The notes beneath the pieces are model-generated. The model made no database searches. It was given only the letters and a program-made list of their open reading frames with translations, and was not told the origin of the DNA. Shown piece after piece: positions 14,176 through 30,553 of a DNA stretch of 64,000 nt (position 1 is its first letter; each line of letters begins with the position of its first letter). Origin of the DNA: the human T2T-CHM13v2.0 reference genome, Homo sapiens; assembly GCF_009914755.1 (NCBI RefSeq), contig NC_060926.1; one strand, given 5' to 3'. A program made the translations under genes and the position numbers.

Positions 14176-15412
14176 AATATTTTTTAGCACTATGTTAACT
14201 AATAACTCTGTATCATTTTCTAGTAACTACAGAAGACCTCTTTTCTTGCTTTCTGTGACAACACAGTCTCCTGACTGCTCTGACAGTATAGATTTCATAT
14301 CTCTTTAGTTTCCTAAATTGCTCTGATGAAAGTATCAATAAGCAGTGTAAGTCTGGAAGGCAGGAAGCAGAAGGAACAAAGTAAAACAAGGGACAAGAAT
14401 AACTGCTGGCCTGTGGAGAATCAAATGCTAACTCAAAGAATCAGACTCTGTGAGGGAGAACAGTCCACAAATCATCATTAAACTTCACTTTACAGATGAG
14501 GAAACTTAGTTTAGTTTCTATGCAATCCGTAGCAAAAGTTCTAAAAACCATATAATCTGGCCATTCATGCCATAACCATAAAGGCTAAAATATGGGTCCC
14601 CTGCTGCTACCATCTTTCCAATTTGCCCTACTTCGCTCAGGTAACAAATGAACTCTACTTATCATGTTTCTGTCTTCACTGTGGAATATATATGCATATA
14701 GGCAACTGCCCTATTGCTATCCATTTTAGTACTGAGTAAAATGTGTAGTCAAAATCTACTAGAGTCAGCAAGCAGTAAACATAAAGCACATTTCTTTAAG
14801 CTCTATTAAAATATTTTTAATAATCTACGTTATACATGGCAAAGAGAAATATTTATATAATTTAAACATTTTTATCTGATGTGCAAGCATGTCTAAATAT
14901 GAGCCTGGTAACTAGACCTGACTAAAGTTGCCCCTGCATTATTGGTTCTTTAAAATTGTCCTTACAACAGTATTAGGAAGCAGCTTGGTGCATATATGAC
15001 ATAAACTTGCCCTAGATTTCATAAAGTATTAAGTTTTATTTTAAACACTGATTTTCAGTGATATGGGTAAGTGATTTAATCTCACATTTTCCTTTGAATT
15101 GAGTTAGTAATCATCTTTATCAGTTAACCCACTCACAGGGATGTTGTAAAGGAACCAGGTTATATTTCTAAGTGTCCTGGACTTCTTTTGAGAAAGGTTA
15201 CTGTGACAGGCAACCTTACTGACTTCTGGCATTAGACTCAAACAGGCAGTCAGATAGCAGAAGGATATTCAAGCAAGCAGAAAGAAAAAGGCTTATATTG
15301 TATATGTTATTTCAAACAAAGATACTCAGATAAAGGCAAAGAATAGTCTAGTTTTAAAAAAATAAAACAGCAAAGTAACTCAAAGAAAAGAAGCTAGATA
15401 TTAGAAAATAAC

Positions 15413-15841
<429 letters not shown>

Positions 15842-16859
15842 TATGTAGATTTTTTAAAGAAATAATATAGGGAAGATAAGTTGGCTGGCTTGTCTAACCA
15901 GCAATGACAAATGATTTGGTTTTCTATAAAATTTTTTTCTACTGAACATATGCTTGTGTAAAGTGTATTATTAACATTGTTCACCTCAAATTCCCTTTCC
16001 TTACCTGAAGCCACCATGTTGTCCTTTCTTTAGCATGCTGTTTACTCTATATTTGCTGTTAATGTTATTCTAAATAAGTCAGCATGATAAAAGCCATATG
16101 AAGAGAGAGATTTCTTATACAAAAGCTTTATGAAAAGCTTTATTTCTTACAGAGAATAGCTTATGCTCTGGAAACTTTATATTGTTAGCAAAGGAATAAC
16201 TGAGACTATTCCCAAATTTACATTCTATGCCATGAGCCTGGGTTTTTAGTTTCTTTCATAGGTATGGCTTCAGTGTACAATGAATACTGTGGTGAATGAT
16301 ATGCAGACAGTCTATGTTTTGGACATCTGCTCTGCCACTGCGGCAAACAATGAATCATTAACTTGCTTTTTGTGCAAAGTTTATAGTGCCAGATTCTGTT
16401 CTAGATTTCACTGATTATTGCATTATTTAACAAAGGTTAATTAAATTACACTTCACAAGGAAACAAAATAAAAACTGTGTTAAAAGAGCCACTAACACCT
16501 AAACTATTTCAAATTTTCCATATTTCTCATTTTTGAAAATTGCCTAGGATAACGCTGGCTGAGATCAGTTCTGTAATACTGACAAAGGCAATTGTTCTGG
16601 AAATGTATAGATGCCAAGACAAACAGCACATAGTCATCAAAAATTGGAAACTGTGATAAAGTATATGTTTAGTTATATGACACTATGTCATATAACTAGA
16701 ACATTAAAAACAATCTTGAAATTCTTGTATAGTTGAAATTATAAAATAAATTATGAAAATGTAATACATATAATAGCTTTAGCTATTTATTCTATTAAAT
16801 CAAAATAATGAAGGTAAGAAGGCAGTTACCTAAAAATAAATAGTATCAAAAATAAATAC

Positions 16860-16999
16860 CTTTAGTTGATTGTTAAAAGAATCCATTTCTGACAGCTTAG
16901 ATGCAGTTTCTTTTTCAAGAGCATCTAACTGTTCTTTAAGTCTTTGGCATAATTCTTCCTTTTCTAATGATTTTTTATGAAGTAAACTGACCCCTGAAT
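16860..16999 (-). CDS. ITSN2: ITSN2 coding exon 15 ([17 protein letters not shown]...NNQLK)
   Basis: tttcag|ATTCAG ... AAG|gtattt; 140 nt, phase 1-0. Confidence 0.97.
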
Positions 17000-17989
17000 C
17001 TGAAAAACAAACATCAGACAGTTTACATTTTGCAGAAGTTCGTATGTCATTACCAGCATGTCATTTACTGTTTGGTCAGATTGATGTAACTAGACCAATA
17101 CGAAGGATGTATACACAATGCAGACCAGTACAAGAGAAAACATTCAGTTGTTATTTCCACTTCCCAGATTATATGCTGGAAAGAGCATCAGAGGAAATGG
17201 TTGTAAGCCTTGGTTCTGCATTCAAAAGGACTAGGACCTGAAGTGAAATTCTACTTTAGGAAAGATGCTTCACCAATCGAATCCTCAGGCTTTTCATCTA
17301 TACAATGAGCATCATGCTACATTAAATGAGGTGATGGATATAAAGCCATTGTACACTCTGGTCCACAGTTAATACTCAATTAATAGAAACTATAGTTAAA
17401 GTAGCTTTCCATTTATTCTTAGTGCTCCCAAGAACAGGGAAATATTCACAGCAAAGATTCAGTAAGTATTACTAACTGGATTATTTAGTAACATTATTTT
17501 AGGAGGTAAGAACAGAAGGTTTCATTTTATATTATCTTTTTTTACATATTCATGCAGGGATGAAGAAACCAGATGGAAATATATAATGCAGAATACATTA
17601 CAATAAATTAAAATAGCAATATTATCTGTTTAAATGTCTGTTTTTAACTTTATCATATTTTTGAAGTACAGAAGTACAAAATTTAAATAAAATGAAACAT
17701 ACAGAGTAAAAAATTAAAACACCTCCATTTCAACTGCAAGTTCATCCCCCTTTTAGGCATTTACATTTAGATGTGTACATACTCAACTTTTATTTCCATG
17801 GGTTTTAACAGAATCATATTGTCTACATTGCTATGCAACTTGTTTTCAATTTAGTAAGATATCTTATCAATCAGGACAAACAGATCTAGTTCATTCTTTT
17901 AAATTGCTCCATAGTAGTTTACATTATGGCTACTGCATAATTTATATAACTACCTTTCTGACTGGTATGGGTAGATGTTGGTCTGAACC

Positions 17990-20900
17990 CACTGATCAAC
18001 ATCTACCCATTTTCCCCTCCCTCTAACCCCTGGTAACCACTCTTCTACTCTCAGTTTCTGTACAGGAGTTCAACTTTTTTAGATTTTATATGAAACTGAG
18101 GTCATGCAGTATTTGTCTTTCTGTAACTGACTTACTGCATTTAGCATAAGGGAGCGCAAATATCTCTTTGAGACAGTAATTTTGTTTCCTTTGAATATAT
18201 ATTCAGAAGTGAGATTGCTGGATCATACAAGAGTTCTATCTTATTTTTTTTAGAAACCTTCATACTGTTTTCCTTAACAACTATACCAATTTACATTCCT
18301 CCAACAGTGTACATGGGTTCCCTTGTTCCCACATGCTCACTACCACTCGTTATCTCTGATCTTTTTGATAACAGCCATCCTACCAGGTGTGAGGTGATAT
18401 TATATTTCAATGTGGTTTAGATTTGCATTTCCCTGATGATTAATAATGTTGAGTCCCTTTTTAAATATCTCTTTACCATTTTTAGGTCTTCTTTGGAGAA
18501 ATGTCCACTCAGGTCCTTTGCCCATTTTGAAATTGGGTTGTTTTTTGGTATTGAGTTATATATATTCCTTGTATTTTGGATATAAACCACTTATCAGATA
18601 CATGGCTCACAAGTATTTTCTCCCATTCCACAGACTGCCTTTTCATCTTGATTGTTTCCTTTACTGTGCAGAAACTTTTTAGTTTGATGAAGTCCCACTT
18701 GTTTATTTTTGTTTCCTGAGCTTTTGGTGTAATATCCAAAAAATCACTGCCAAGGCCAATGTCAAAGAGCTTTTGTCAATGTTTTCTTCTAGGAGTTTTA
18801 CGGTTTCATGTCTTATGTTTAATCCATTTTGAGCTGATTTTTGAGTATGGTATAAGGCTCCAATTTCATTCTTTTGCAGGTGGATATCCAGTTTTCCCAA
18901 TACCATTTATCGAAGAGGCTACCTTTTCCCATTGTGTCTTCTTGATACCCTTGTCAAAAATTAGTTGACCATATACACTTGGGTTTATTTTTGGGCTCTC
19001 TATTCTATTTCATAAGTCTGTATGTCTTGTAATTGACAAAAAATTGTATATATATTGTATGCATGTTGTTTTAAAATATGTATACATTGTAAATTGGCTA
19101 AGGAGCTAATTAACATATGCATAATTTAGCTAATTAACATAATGTGTATGTTAATTAGCTAGGCTCTCTATTCTGTAAATCTATGTCTTTTGTAATCAAC
19201 AAATAAAAACTTGTATTTATAGTACGCATGTTGTTTTGAAATATGTATACATTGTAAAATGGCTAAATTCAGCTAATTAACCTCACATACTTACCTCACA
19301 TACTTACCATTTTTGTGGTGAAAACACTTAAAATCTATTCTCTTAGCAACTTTAAAGAATACAATGCACTATTATTAACTATAGTCACCAGGTTGTACAA
19401 TAGATTTCTTGAACTTATTCCTCCTATCTAACTGAAATGTTGATTTCCTTTGAGCAAACTCTCAGTGATCCCCTTTTCTCTCACCAGCCCTGGTAGCCAC
19501 CATTTTATTCTCTACTTTTATGGATAAATATATACACTCCACAAATAAATGAAATCATACCGTATTTGTCTTTCTGCGCTTGGCTTACTTCACTTAATGT
19601 AACATCTTGCAGGTTCATGTTGTCCCTATGTCTGTTTTTATGCCAGTACCACACTGTTCTGATTACTATAGCTTCATAATATTTGCAAACAGGCAGTGTG
19701 ATGCTTCCAACTTTGTTTTTCTTTCTCAAGATTGCTTTGGCTATTTGAAGTCTTCTGTGATTCCATATACGTTTTAAAATTGCTTTTTCTATTTCTGTGA
19801 AAATGCTATTTGAATTCTGATATTGTGTTGAATCTGTATATTGCTTTGGGTAGTACAGATAATTTTTAAAATATTAATTCTTCCAATACATGAACATGGA
19901 GTATCTTTCCATTTATTTATGTCTTTTTCAATTTCTCCCATCAATTAGTTTTCAGTTACAGATCTTTCCCCTCCTTGGTCAAATTTATTCCTAAGTATTT
20001 AATTATTTTTGATGCTGTCATGAATAATATTGTTTACTTGATCTCTTTTTTGAATAGTTATTGGTGTAAAAAATGCAACTGATTTTTGTATGCTGATTTT
20101 GTGTCCTACAACTTTACTCAATTCATGTATTAGTTCTAAGTTTTATTGCAGTCTTTAGGGTTTTCAACATATAGGATCATGTCATCTGCAGACAGGGATA
20201 ATTTTACTACTACTTTTACAATTTGAATGTATTTTATTCCTTTTTCTTGTCTGAGTAGTCCTGCTAGTACTTCCAGCATTACGTTGAACAGAAGTGGTAA
20301 AAAGTGCGTATCCCTACCTCATACCAGATCTTAGATCAAGCTTATCCAACCTGCAGGCCATGGGCCACATGCGGCCCAGGATGGCTTTCAATGTGGCCCA
20401 ACACAAATTCATAAACTTTCTTAAAACATTATGAGATTTTTTTTAGCACTCATCAGCTATCATCAGTGTTAGTGGATTTTATGTGTGGCCCAAGACAACT
20501 CTTCTTCCAATGTGACCCAGGGAAGCCATAAGATTAGACACCCCTATCTTAGATGAAAAGTCTTCAGTTTACCCCCATTGATTATGATAGCTGTGAGCTT
20601 TTCATAAATGGCCTTTATTATGTTGAAGAAAATTCCTTCTATATCTATTTTTTTTGAGAGTTTTTATCATGAAAAGATGTTAAACCTTGTCAAATACTCG
20701 TTCTGTTATTTATGGAGATGATCACGTGGCTCGTAGATTTTTGTCTTTCATTCTGTTAATGCACACTTTAAATTCTGACAGAAATTGCCAAACTACTATT
20801 CCAAAAAAGCTGTTATCAACTTATGCCACCAACAATACCTGTTTCTGCAAACCCTCATCTATATTGGATATTATCAATCTTTTTTCATTTTTGCTAATTG

Positions 20901-21700
20901 GCAAAAAAGAAACCTGATTGTTATTTTAATTTGTATTTTCTTGATAACCAGTGATGTCAAAGAAACATCTATTTATGTTTCTGGCCAGAGTCTTGAATTG
21001 TTAGGTCTTATCCTTTGCCGTATTTTTCTATTGGGCTGTCTTAATTTTTGATTTGTAGAAGCTCTAAATTCTTGTATTACATGTACTTCAAATTTTTTAG
21101 TGTTTATGCTGTCTTTCATTATGATGTTTTCATTTTTAATCATCAAATCTGTAAGTATTTTCTTCATGACTCTATGTATTGTTTAAAGAGACCTTCCTCA
21201 TACCAAGATTATAAAATATTTTCCTGTTTTATAATAGTTTTTAAGTTGTTTTTATGTTTAGCCTCCTAATTTATCTAGAATTTATTTCTGTACATAGAGA
21301 GCGGTAAAGAGCTCCTCTGCAACTCTTTCAGATAATCCACTGTCCCTCAAATCACTTACTGAAAGCCCATCCTTTCCCCACTGATGTTAAGTGCCAACTT
21401 TATCTTATCCTACGTTGCCATACATGCATGGGCTTTCTTCTAGACTCTATTCAATTCCATTGTTCTACTTTTCTATTTCTGATCAATAACACACTATTTT
21501 AGGCACTCTAACTTTCATATCTTATGTTTCGATATCTGATAGGGTTAGTCTCCTCCCCCCTACCAAAGTTTTTCTTTTTCAAGTTTTGCCTAATCTTGTA
21601 CAATTTATTTTCTAGATGAATTTGTCAGTTATCTTCCCAAGTTTCATTTTAAGAAACCCAAAAAGAACTGAATATATAAATTAGGAGAGAACTGACATAG
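17990..21700 (-). mobile_element. L1M (L1MA/MB-type) fragments, with a nested L1 3' end (~19189-19625)
   Basis: Minus-strand ORF2 remnants ([20 protein letters not shown]; [10 protein letters not shown]); nested piece flanked by ctatgtct. Confidence 0.85.
20337..20546 (-). mobile_element. MER30 nested in L1
   Basis: Reverse-complement match to the 8380 element; 8-bp TSD tcttagat. Confidence 0.85.
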
Positions 21701-21751
21701 TATTGATGTATAGTATAGTATAATATTAAGCTAGTTCATTTAGGAACATAA

Positions 21752-22433
<682 letters not shown>

Positions 22434-24332
22434 CATATTTCTGCTTTATTCATAACAATGTATATTACTAATAATGCATGTTTTAATACCAAATTTGATG
22501 ACATATATGAGCACTATGTTGGGTAACTGGAAAATAAGACAAAGAAACAACATGGTAGTACAGTGGGCTTTACAGTTAGACATGAATTTGAGTACTATGA
22601 TTGTACCATCCTGGGTAACTACTTAATCTCTCTGAACCTCAGTTTTCCTGAGCTCACAATGGGAATAATAACTATACCAAAGGGTTATTGTAAAGATTAA
22701 AGGAAAGAATGCATCAAAACTGACTCACACAGTGCTTGGCACATGGCTGGTAATCTTAAATGGCAATTGTTATACAGAGAGGCATCTAAGGGATACAGGA
22801 TACTTTTCAAAGCCCAAACAAAAGCTTCCTATTTTGAATTGGACTATGGCTAAATAAATAAATAGGTAACAGCTGCACTGAATTACATTCCACAGAGAAA
22901 GAATAGCCCCATCACGTCCTCAATAAGACATATTCTACATTTTATTCACAATTCAAATAGGAACAATGACAACAATGATGACAATAATAAAGATATATTT
23001 CTGCCACTGTGCATATCAGGTGGGTTAGCTCACCCTGACTCTGGAATGCCTGTGTAGGGGTGAGGTGGGGCTAATATACTTTGAACAGGAAAGAACCAAG
23101 TATAAGGAACACTGTCTGAGCAGGGACATGGATAGACCACATCAATGGAAGGCAGGAGACACAATAAAAATAGTTCACAAGAGTGAACTTCATTTCTGAT
23201 ATTTCTTCCACGTGAAGGGCCCTGCACTAGCCCAACAATCCCAGCTTCTTTCCTTCCTTTCACTAACTAGTGAGCTCAAGTTAAAGACCTAGGAATGTAC
23301 AGCCTAGGCTCCTCCTAAGCCCTCACTCTCTAGAGACTTAACTGCCCACAGGAAACCTGCATTCTACTTTGTTCATGCATCCAGTGTTTTATAGGTGCAA
23401 CTATACCACCCACAGATAAACCACACTGCCTAGAATCAGCTTCATCAATAATGAGGCAGTGATTTGGTTTCTCATTTGTCTTGCTCCTTTGCCTTATTTC
23501 TTAATTTGTTCAGAACTTGCGCAAAGAAGGGGATACTATTTATTGAACTTTGTAAACAGCCAAAACTATAATAAAGAGACCTACAATGGAATAATTGACT
23601 TGATAGAGACTCAATGAGTGACATTTTAGGATACTTTAGTCAGTTGTAACACAACATCTGCAGATTTACTTTTCTTTAAATAAACCTTGTTTCTGCTATG
23701 CTTTTATTGGTATAGTATCCAATACAGAGAATTTTTTTCAGTTTTCTCATTGGGACCTGAGCAAAAACAAAAACAGTTACTATCCCATAAATTATCCTGG
23801 AATGTTTTGTTCCACAGGTGTCAGAGGGCCAAGATGGTAAAATTCTTTGTATGAAGCACAGAGTTAGATAATATAAAGGGTCTGGGCAGAGCATACCATC
23901 CTGCTTAAGCCTATGACTGCTGCACGCTAACACCCTAGAATCCCAGGTGCGGCCCCACCATAAAGCCTCCTCCTGAACAGTTCTTTAAAATCAGTGCAGG
24001 ACTTTTCAAAATGCACATGTAGTCTTGTGTTAGAGCCAAATTTATATCTTATAGTCTAACACTTTATTTGATGTTTCAATTATATACATAAAAATATCAT
24101 CAAGATATGAAGTCATACCACAATCATTACTATTTTATTTTTATCTACTTTTTATCACTAAAAATGCTCTAACATCTGGGATATTTTTCACTTTATTTTG
24201 AAACTTTAAACTTACAGGCAAAAAGTGTTATTTATAACAGAATACTTTTTTTAATTTTAAAAAAGTAACAATGTGACTGATACAGTCATTCAGAAAAGGA
24301 TAAAAGTAATCAGACAAACCTTAGAGACTTAC

Positions 24333-24420
24333 CAGGTGTGTTACTGAACTGCATGTTTTTAATTCTTTCATTTAATAATTGCTTCTCAGGTACCAGATAG
24401 ATAAGCTTATTCTGATATTC
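24333..24420 (-). CDS. ITSN2: ITSN2 coding exon 14 ([29 protein letters not shown])
   Basis: tataag|GAATAT ... CCTG|gtaagt; 88 nt, phase 0-1. Confidence 0.97.
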
Positions 24421-24775
24421 CTTATAAAAAGAAAAAATAGTACCTGATTACAATGTTATAATATTGTCCAAGAGTTTTTTTTGAAAACTTTAAAACAGGA
24501 TTTACTCATCTTTGAAACTTATTTTAGAAATAATACATAGTTGTAAACTGCTTACAACTTATGAATCAACTAGAATGGAATTATGCCAAGAAATATTTAA
24601 GCCAAAATCAATTTTGAGTGACTGGCTGAAATTAAAAGGCAGTGAAGAAAGCCTTTGTAAATGGGGTGTGTCTAGAAGCCTACAATTTTCAGCTTACTGA
24701 TGAATGACAGCAGACCTGCGCTAGATGGTATGTGTAAGCATGCCATGATACTTCAGGATGAATATGTGTATATCA

Positions 24776-25076
<301 letters not shown>

Positions 25077-25397
25077 CTAAAAACTAGGAAAGCAGGTTTA
25101 AATCAGACAGAAAATATTTTTGGCTTTTGTTTATCTCTCCTGTAACAAAGCAAAAAGACTGATTAATTGCCAGTCCATGCAGTAAGAGAAATTGGGTAAG
25201 AGAACTCTAGAGATGCAGAATGCTTCCACAGCCCCATTCTGCAAATAGTAATTATTGAACCAGACCCTACTGCACAAGTAAGGAAGAGAATTACCAGGAC
25301 CCCAAGGGACATATTCAAGTTCTCATCATAATTTTAAAAAGAATAACTTTAAGTCAAAATTTCCTAAAATTAGTAGCAATAACCTTATTTTAATGTA

Positions 25398-25739
25398 TGA
25401 TATGGTCTGAATGTTGGTATGTCCCCAACATTCATATGTTGGAACCTAACTCCCAATGCAGTACTATTAAGAAGTAGGGCTTTAGGAGGCTCCACACTCA
25501 TGAATGAGATGACTGTCCTTATAAAGGAAGTTGAAGGGACTGCCTTACCCTTTCTGCATGTGAAGACGCAGCAAGAAGGCACTAGTTTTAAAGGAGACAG
25601 CAAGCCCTCATCGGACACTGAATCTGCTAACACCTTGATCTTGGACTTCTCAGTCTCTAGAACTATGAGTAATAAATTTCTGTTGTTTATAAATTACCCA
25701 GTCTAAGGTCGTTTGTTATAGCAAGTAATGAATTAAGAA
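25398..25739 (+). mobile_element. MaLR solo LTR (MLT1A0-like)
   Basis: tgatatggtctgaatg start; ttgatcttggacttc and aataaatttctgttgtttataa motifs. Confidence 0.8.
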
Positions 25740-25919
25740 TGCATAAACATTGTTAAAGAGTTAAAACTCAAAGTGATAAATGTCCACTTACGTATATATA
25801 TTAAGCAAAACTTAACCAGACGTCTAGCAGAGTTTTAGTAGGTCTATGGACTTCCTGATATTGTATACAGGATTGCGTGTATTTAGATCACAAGCCTATC
25901 AAAGACTCAAGGTTATTGA

Positions 25920-26253
<334 letters not shown>

Positions 26254-26308
26254 CAGAAGAACTATTAATTGTACATGTTTAAGAACAATTTAGCAGTGAA
26301 GGACTTAC

Positions 26309-26449
26309 CTGAAGTTCCTGTTGAAGTTGCTTGATTTCCATAATTTCCAAGTCACACTGCTTATCCAGAACTTCCAGCTCAGTCTTTTGAGTTTGCTTTT
26401 TGAGTCGGACATCCTGAAGTCTGCCTGAGATCTGCTGATGTTTGCCATT
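26309..26449 (-). CDS. ITSN2: ITSN2 coding exon 13 ([14 protein letters not shown]...QQELQ)
   Basis: ctatag|AATGGC ... CAG|gtaagt; 141 nt, phase 0-0. Confidence 0.97.
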
Positions 26450-27012
26450 CTATAGGAAGATCATATAAATATATAGTAACATAAAATGCTAATAGAAAAT
26501 GTTTCTACAAGGAGAATAATATTTTTAGTTAAATTTTAAAATCTCAGTTATCATTCATATTCATCCTGAAATAAATGCCTAAAACCAAGTGGAATGTGTT
26601 TCAGAGTTGTGTCTGTTAACTCGAGTTATTAGTGGGAAACACATCATTCTCAGAGTGCAAGAGCCCATATGTTAGTATGGGAAAGCAGAAACATAACACA
26701 TTGAATTTTTTTCTGAATTCAGCATTAGACAATATTAATTAACAATATTAATATCAGAGACACTCTCAAAGAATGATGAAGAGGAATAAATGTTTGCATG
26801 TGATGCTCGGCATTACCTTCTCTGAACTTCTATTTCTACCCTAAATATGGCCATCTAATTTCCTCTAATTAAAACAGTGCCCAGGAGGAACGTTTTGGCA
26901 ACAGTTCTGTTCTATACTAATATTCTTCTCCTTTTTTCCTCTTCTTCTGTGAAGAAATCAAACAAATAGCAGAGATTCTCAATGGGACCTAAGAAGAAGG
27001 GTGACATGGGGG

Positions 27013-27408
27013 GTTATGGGCTGAACTGTGTCCCCCAAAATTCATATGTTAAAGTCCCAAGCCCCAGTACCTCAGAATGTGACAATATTTGGAGACAGGG
27101 CCTTTAAAGAGGTGATTAAGGTTAAACAAAGTCATACAGGTGGACCCTAATCCAATCTAACTGGTGTCCTTATTAGAGGTGGAAATCTGAACACAAAAGG
27201 CACCAGAGATAAAATACACTCAGAGAAAACACCATATAAGGACACAATGAAAGATGGCCACCTGCAAGCCACCAAAAGAGGCCTCACAAGAAACTAAGCC
27301 TAACTAACCTTGGTCTTAGATCTTAGGAGCTGTGAAAAAATTAATTTCTGTTGTTTAAGCCACCTAGCCTATCGTATTTTGTTACAGCAGCCCTACCAAA
27401 CTAATACA
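27013..27408 (+). mobile_element. MaLR solo LTR (MLT1B-like)
   Basis: gttatgggctgaactgtgtccccc start, ctaataca end. Confidence 0.8.
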
Positions 27409-28615
27409 GTGGAGTGAGGGGAAATGACATCCTGGGTTAAAACTTACTGATGATGAAAAGTTTTACTGAAGACTGTTTCATATTTGAAATACATACACTG
27501 AAAGGAACATGTGTATCTCTGCTGGAGCTCACATTCTTATCCTCAACATGGGATACGTATAGGCTCTGGACCTTTCCAGACTCTGCACATTCACCTGTGT
27601 TACTGTGCTTCATGTGTTGCACCAGTTCTTGAGGGAAAAACAATCAATCTTAAGGTCTCTTCCCATTATATATAGTCAAGATGATATATATATATAAAAA
27701 TAGTGCAAGAGAGTTAAAAGTTTTTTACAACTGTTTTGTAGTACTCTGGCATGATTAATACTTGTGGTATGTATGTCTATCCATTTGAAGGAATAAAATA
27801 ATATATTTCTGACTAAAGATATTGTGATGATTAAAAAAATAATTTTTAATGTAATTCAAGTCATCAACCAAATAAAATGTTAGACTATGATCACACAAGA
27901 TCTAAATCTGGCTCTACTACATGACTAGGTATGCATTTTTGTAAAACCCTACTATATGATCAGGGTAGGCTCATGGGATTCTAGGGTTGTGGCAGAATAG
28001 TGCCAGATCTTTTATACCTTCTCACCACACATTTCAAACAAAGTCTTTTAACAACTTGACCCTCTAACATCTGATTGGTAAAAACTGCTTAGTGGCCAGT
28101 ATTAGCTAAGAACTACAATCCTGCAGAACTGGAACTGTAAGAGATCATTTAGGTCAGCAGTTTCAAATCAGTTGTCTTTTTAATAGTAGAATCTTTTTTT
28201 TTCCAAGCAAATCTTGAGTGAAACCCCAAGAAACATAAAGCACATAAATGTCAAGCTTCTCTGTTGTGAAGCATGGGAAGAATTAGGGAGAGAAAATCAC
28301 TGTTCTGCTGCCCGAGCTTCCCCTCTCCTGCCTCTGCTTAGTCCTCCTCAGACCATCTTACAGAGACCAATCTGAAAACTGAAAATCACTCAACTAACAC
28401 AACTCTTTATTTCAGACAAGGGAAAAGTGAGGCACAGAGAAGGGAAATGTCTTGCCCAGGAGTACATGGTTCATCAGTGTCTGAACTGATGCTACAACAT
28501 AATTCTCAGCATTTTGAGTCATTATCCTTTTCTCAGTAAACCATATTGTACAGTCTGTTTATATGAAAATGTGACTAATGACATTAAGACATAACTAATT
28601 CACGAGAGATTTTAA

Positions 28616-29240
<625 letters not shown>

Positions 29241-29309
29241 CACAATTACATTTTTCAACAGGTAGCTCTATCATCATTCAGATAAATTTCACTTAAACTT
29301 CAGCCATAC

Positions 29310-29459
29310 CAGTGCTTCCAACTCAAGATGAAGATTCTTCTTTTTAGAGTTTAACCTGACAATTTCTTCTTGTTCTCTATTCTTTTGATTGAGAAGCTCC
29401 TGTCGCCGAATTCTCTCCCATTCTAAGCGACGTTGTCGTTCAAGTTCCTGTTTTGCTGC
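29310..29459 (-). CDS. ITSN2: ITSN2 coding exon 12 ([15 protein letters not shown]...LELEAL)
   Basis: tttcag|GCAGCA ... CTG|gtatgg; 150 nt, phase 0-0. Confidence 0.97.
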
Positions 29460-29671
29460 CTGAAAAAAAAAAGGAATTATACTTAATTTTTAAATCAAAA
29501 ATTTTGCACGATTCAAAAACTGGGAAGACAACAATAAAAGTTAGGCAGAGTTTAGCACTTAGTGGCTTTAGTGCCTAAGGGTAGCTAGGCAAATCTAGTT
29601 TTATTAATGGGCTTAAAGACTTCCAAGAAAGTGGCTTCATCTATCATATTTTCTCATTTCTTCACGAGATC

Positions 29672-29894
29672 TTTTTTTTTTTTTTTTTTTTCCAGACAGC
29701 ATCTTGCTCTGTCACCCAGGCTGGAGTGCAGTGGCACCACCTTGGCTCACTGCAACCTCCACCACCTGGGCTCAAGCGATTCTCCTGCCTCAGCCCCACC
29801 AAGTAGCTGGGATTACAGGCACACACCACCACACACCTGGCTAATTTTTGTACTTTTTGTAGAGAGAGGGTTTCACCATGTTGCCCAGGTTGGA
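29672..29894 (-). mobile_element. 5'-truncated Alu
   Basis: Right arm plus part of the left arm. Confidence 0.85.
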
Positions 29895-30553
29895 AGACCA
29901 TCCTTTTGTTACAGTCATTTTTCTCTTAATAAGTTACAGAATGACTTCATAAATATAAATGTTAACAGGAATAATTTTCCCTCTATTCTGGTATCTGGGG
30001 GAAAAATTCTATTTATATTATTTCAGTGTGCAATAACTTCCTGTGCTCCATCCCTGGCCCTTTAAAACACAGCCAGTCCTCCTAAGGACCCTTCTTTCCC
30101 AGCAACACTATCCCAAAGGCCTGTGCAAGCCCATCCTCTTGATTCCTCTCTAGAGAGACTTTCAATGCCCAGCTCTCATCTTTCTGTCTCTCCAATTCCT
30201 TGGACTCTTAATCTGGATCTTAAACTTGCTTTCGTCTAATGACTTGCTCAGTTGCCTAACTAACCTTAGCTCCTCACTCAACTTAGCTCTGCAGTCGATC
30301 CTCCTTTGATTGAGATATCACCTGCAGAGGATGCTTTCTCTACCACGTACCAGTTCTGAAAACTCCTTATAAGCAAGAAGCCTCTTTCCCTCCTCAAGGG
30401 AAGGAATGATCAGATTTGTATAGGGTAAGAATGAAATGATGCAGAGCAAAAGGCAAAACAAAAATTCAAAAATAAGCATTTTTTAATCAAATGAAATATA
30501 GTCACTTATTAAATGTAATGATTTTCTTAAGAAGTAAAAAACTTAAAAATAAC

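Noticed and set aside
18446-19729. ORFs with L1 ORF2-like peptides
   Set aside because: Fragmented, frameshifted L1 remnants
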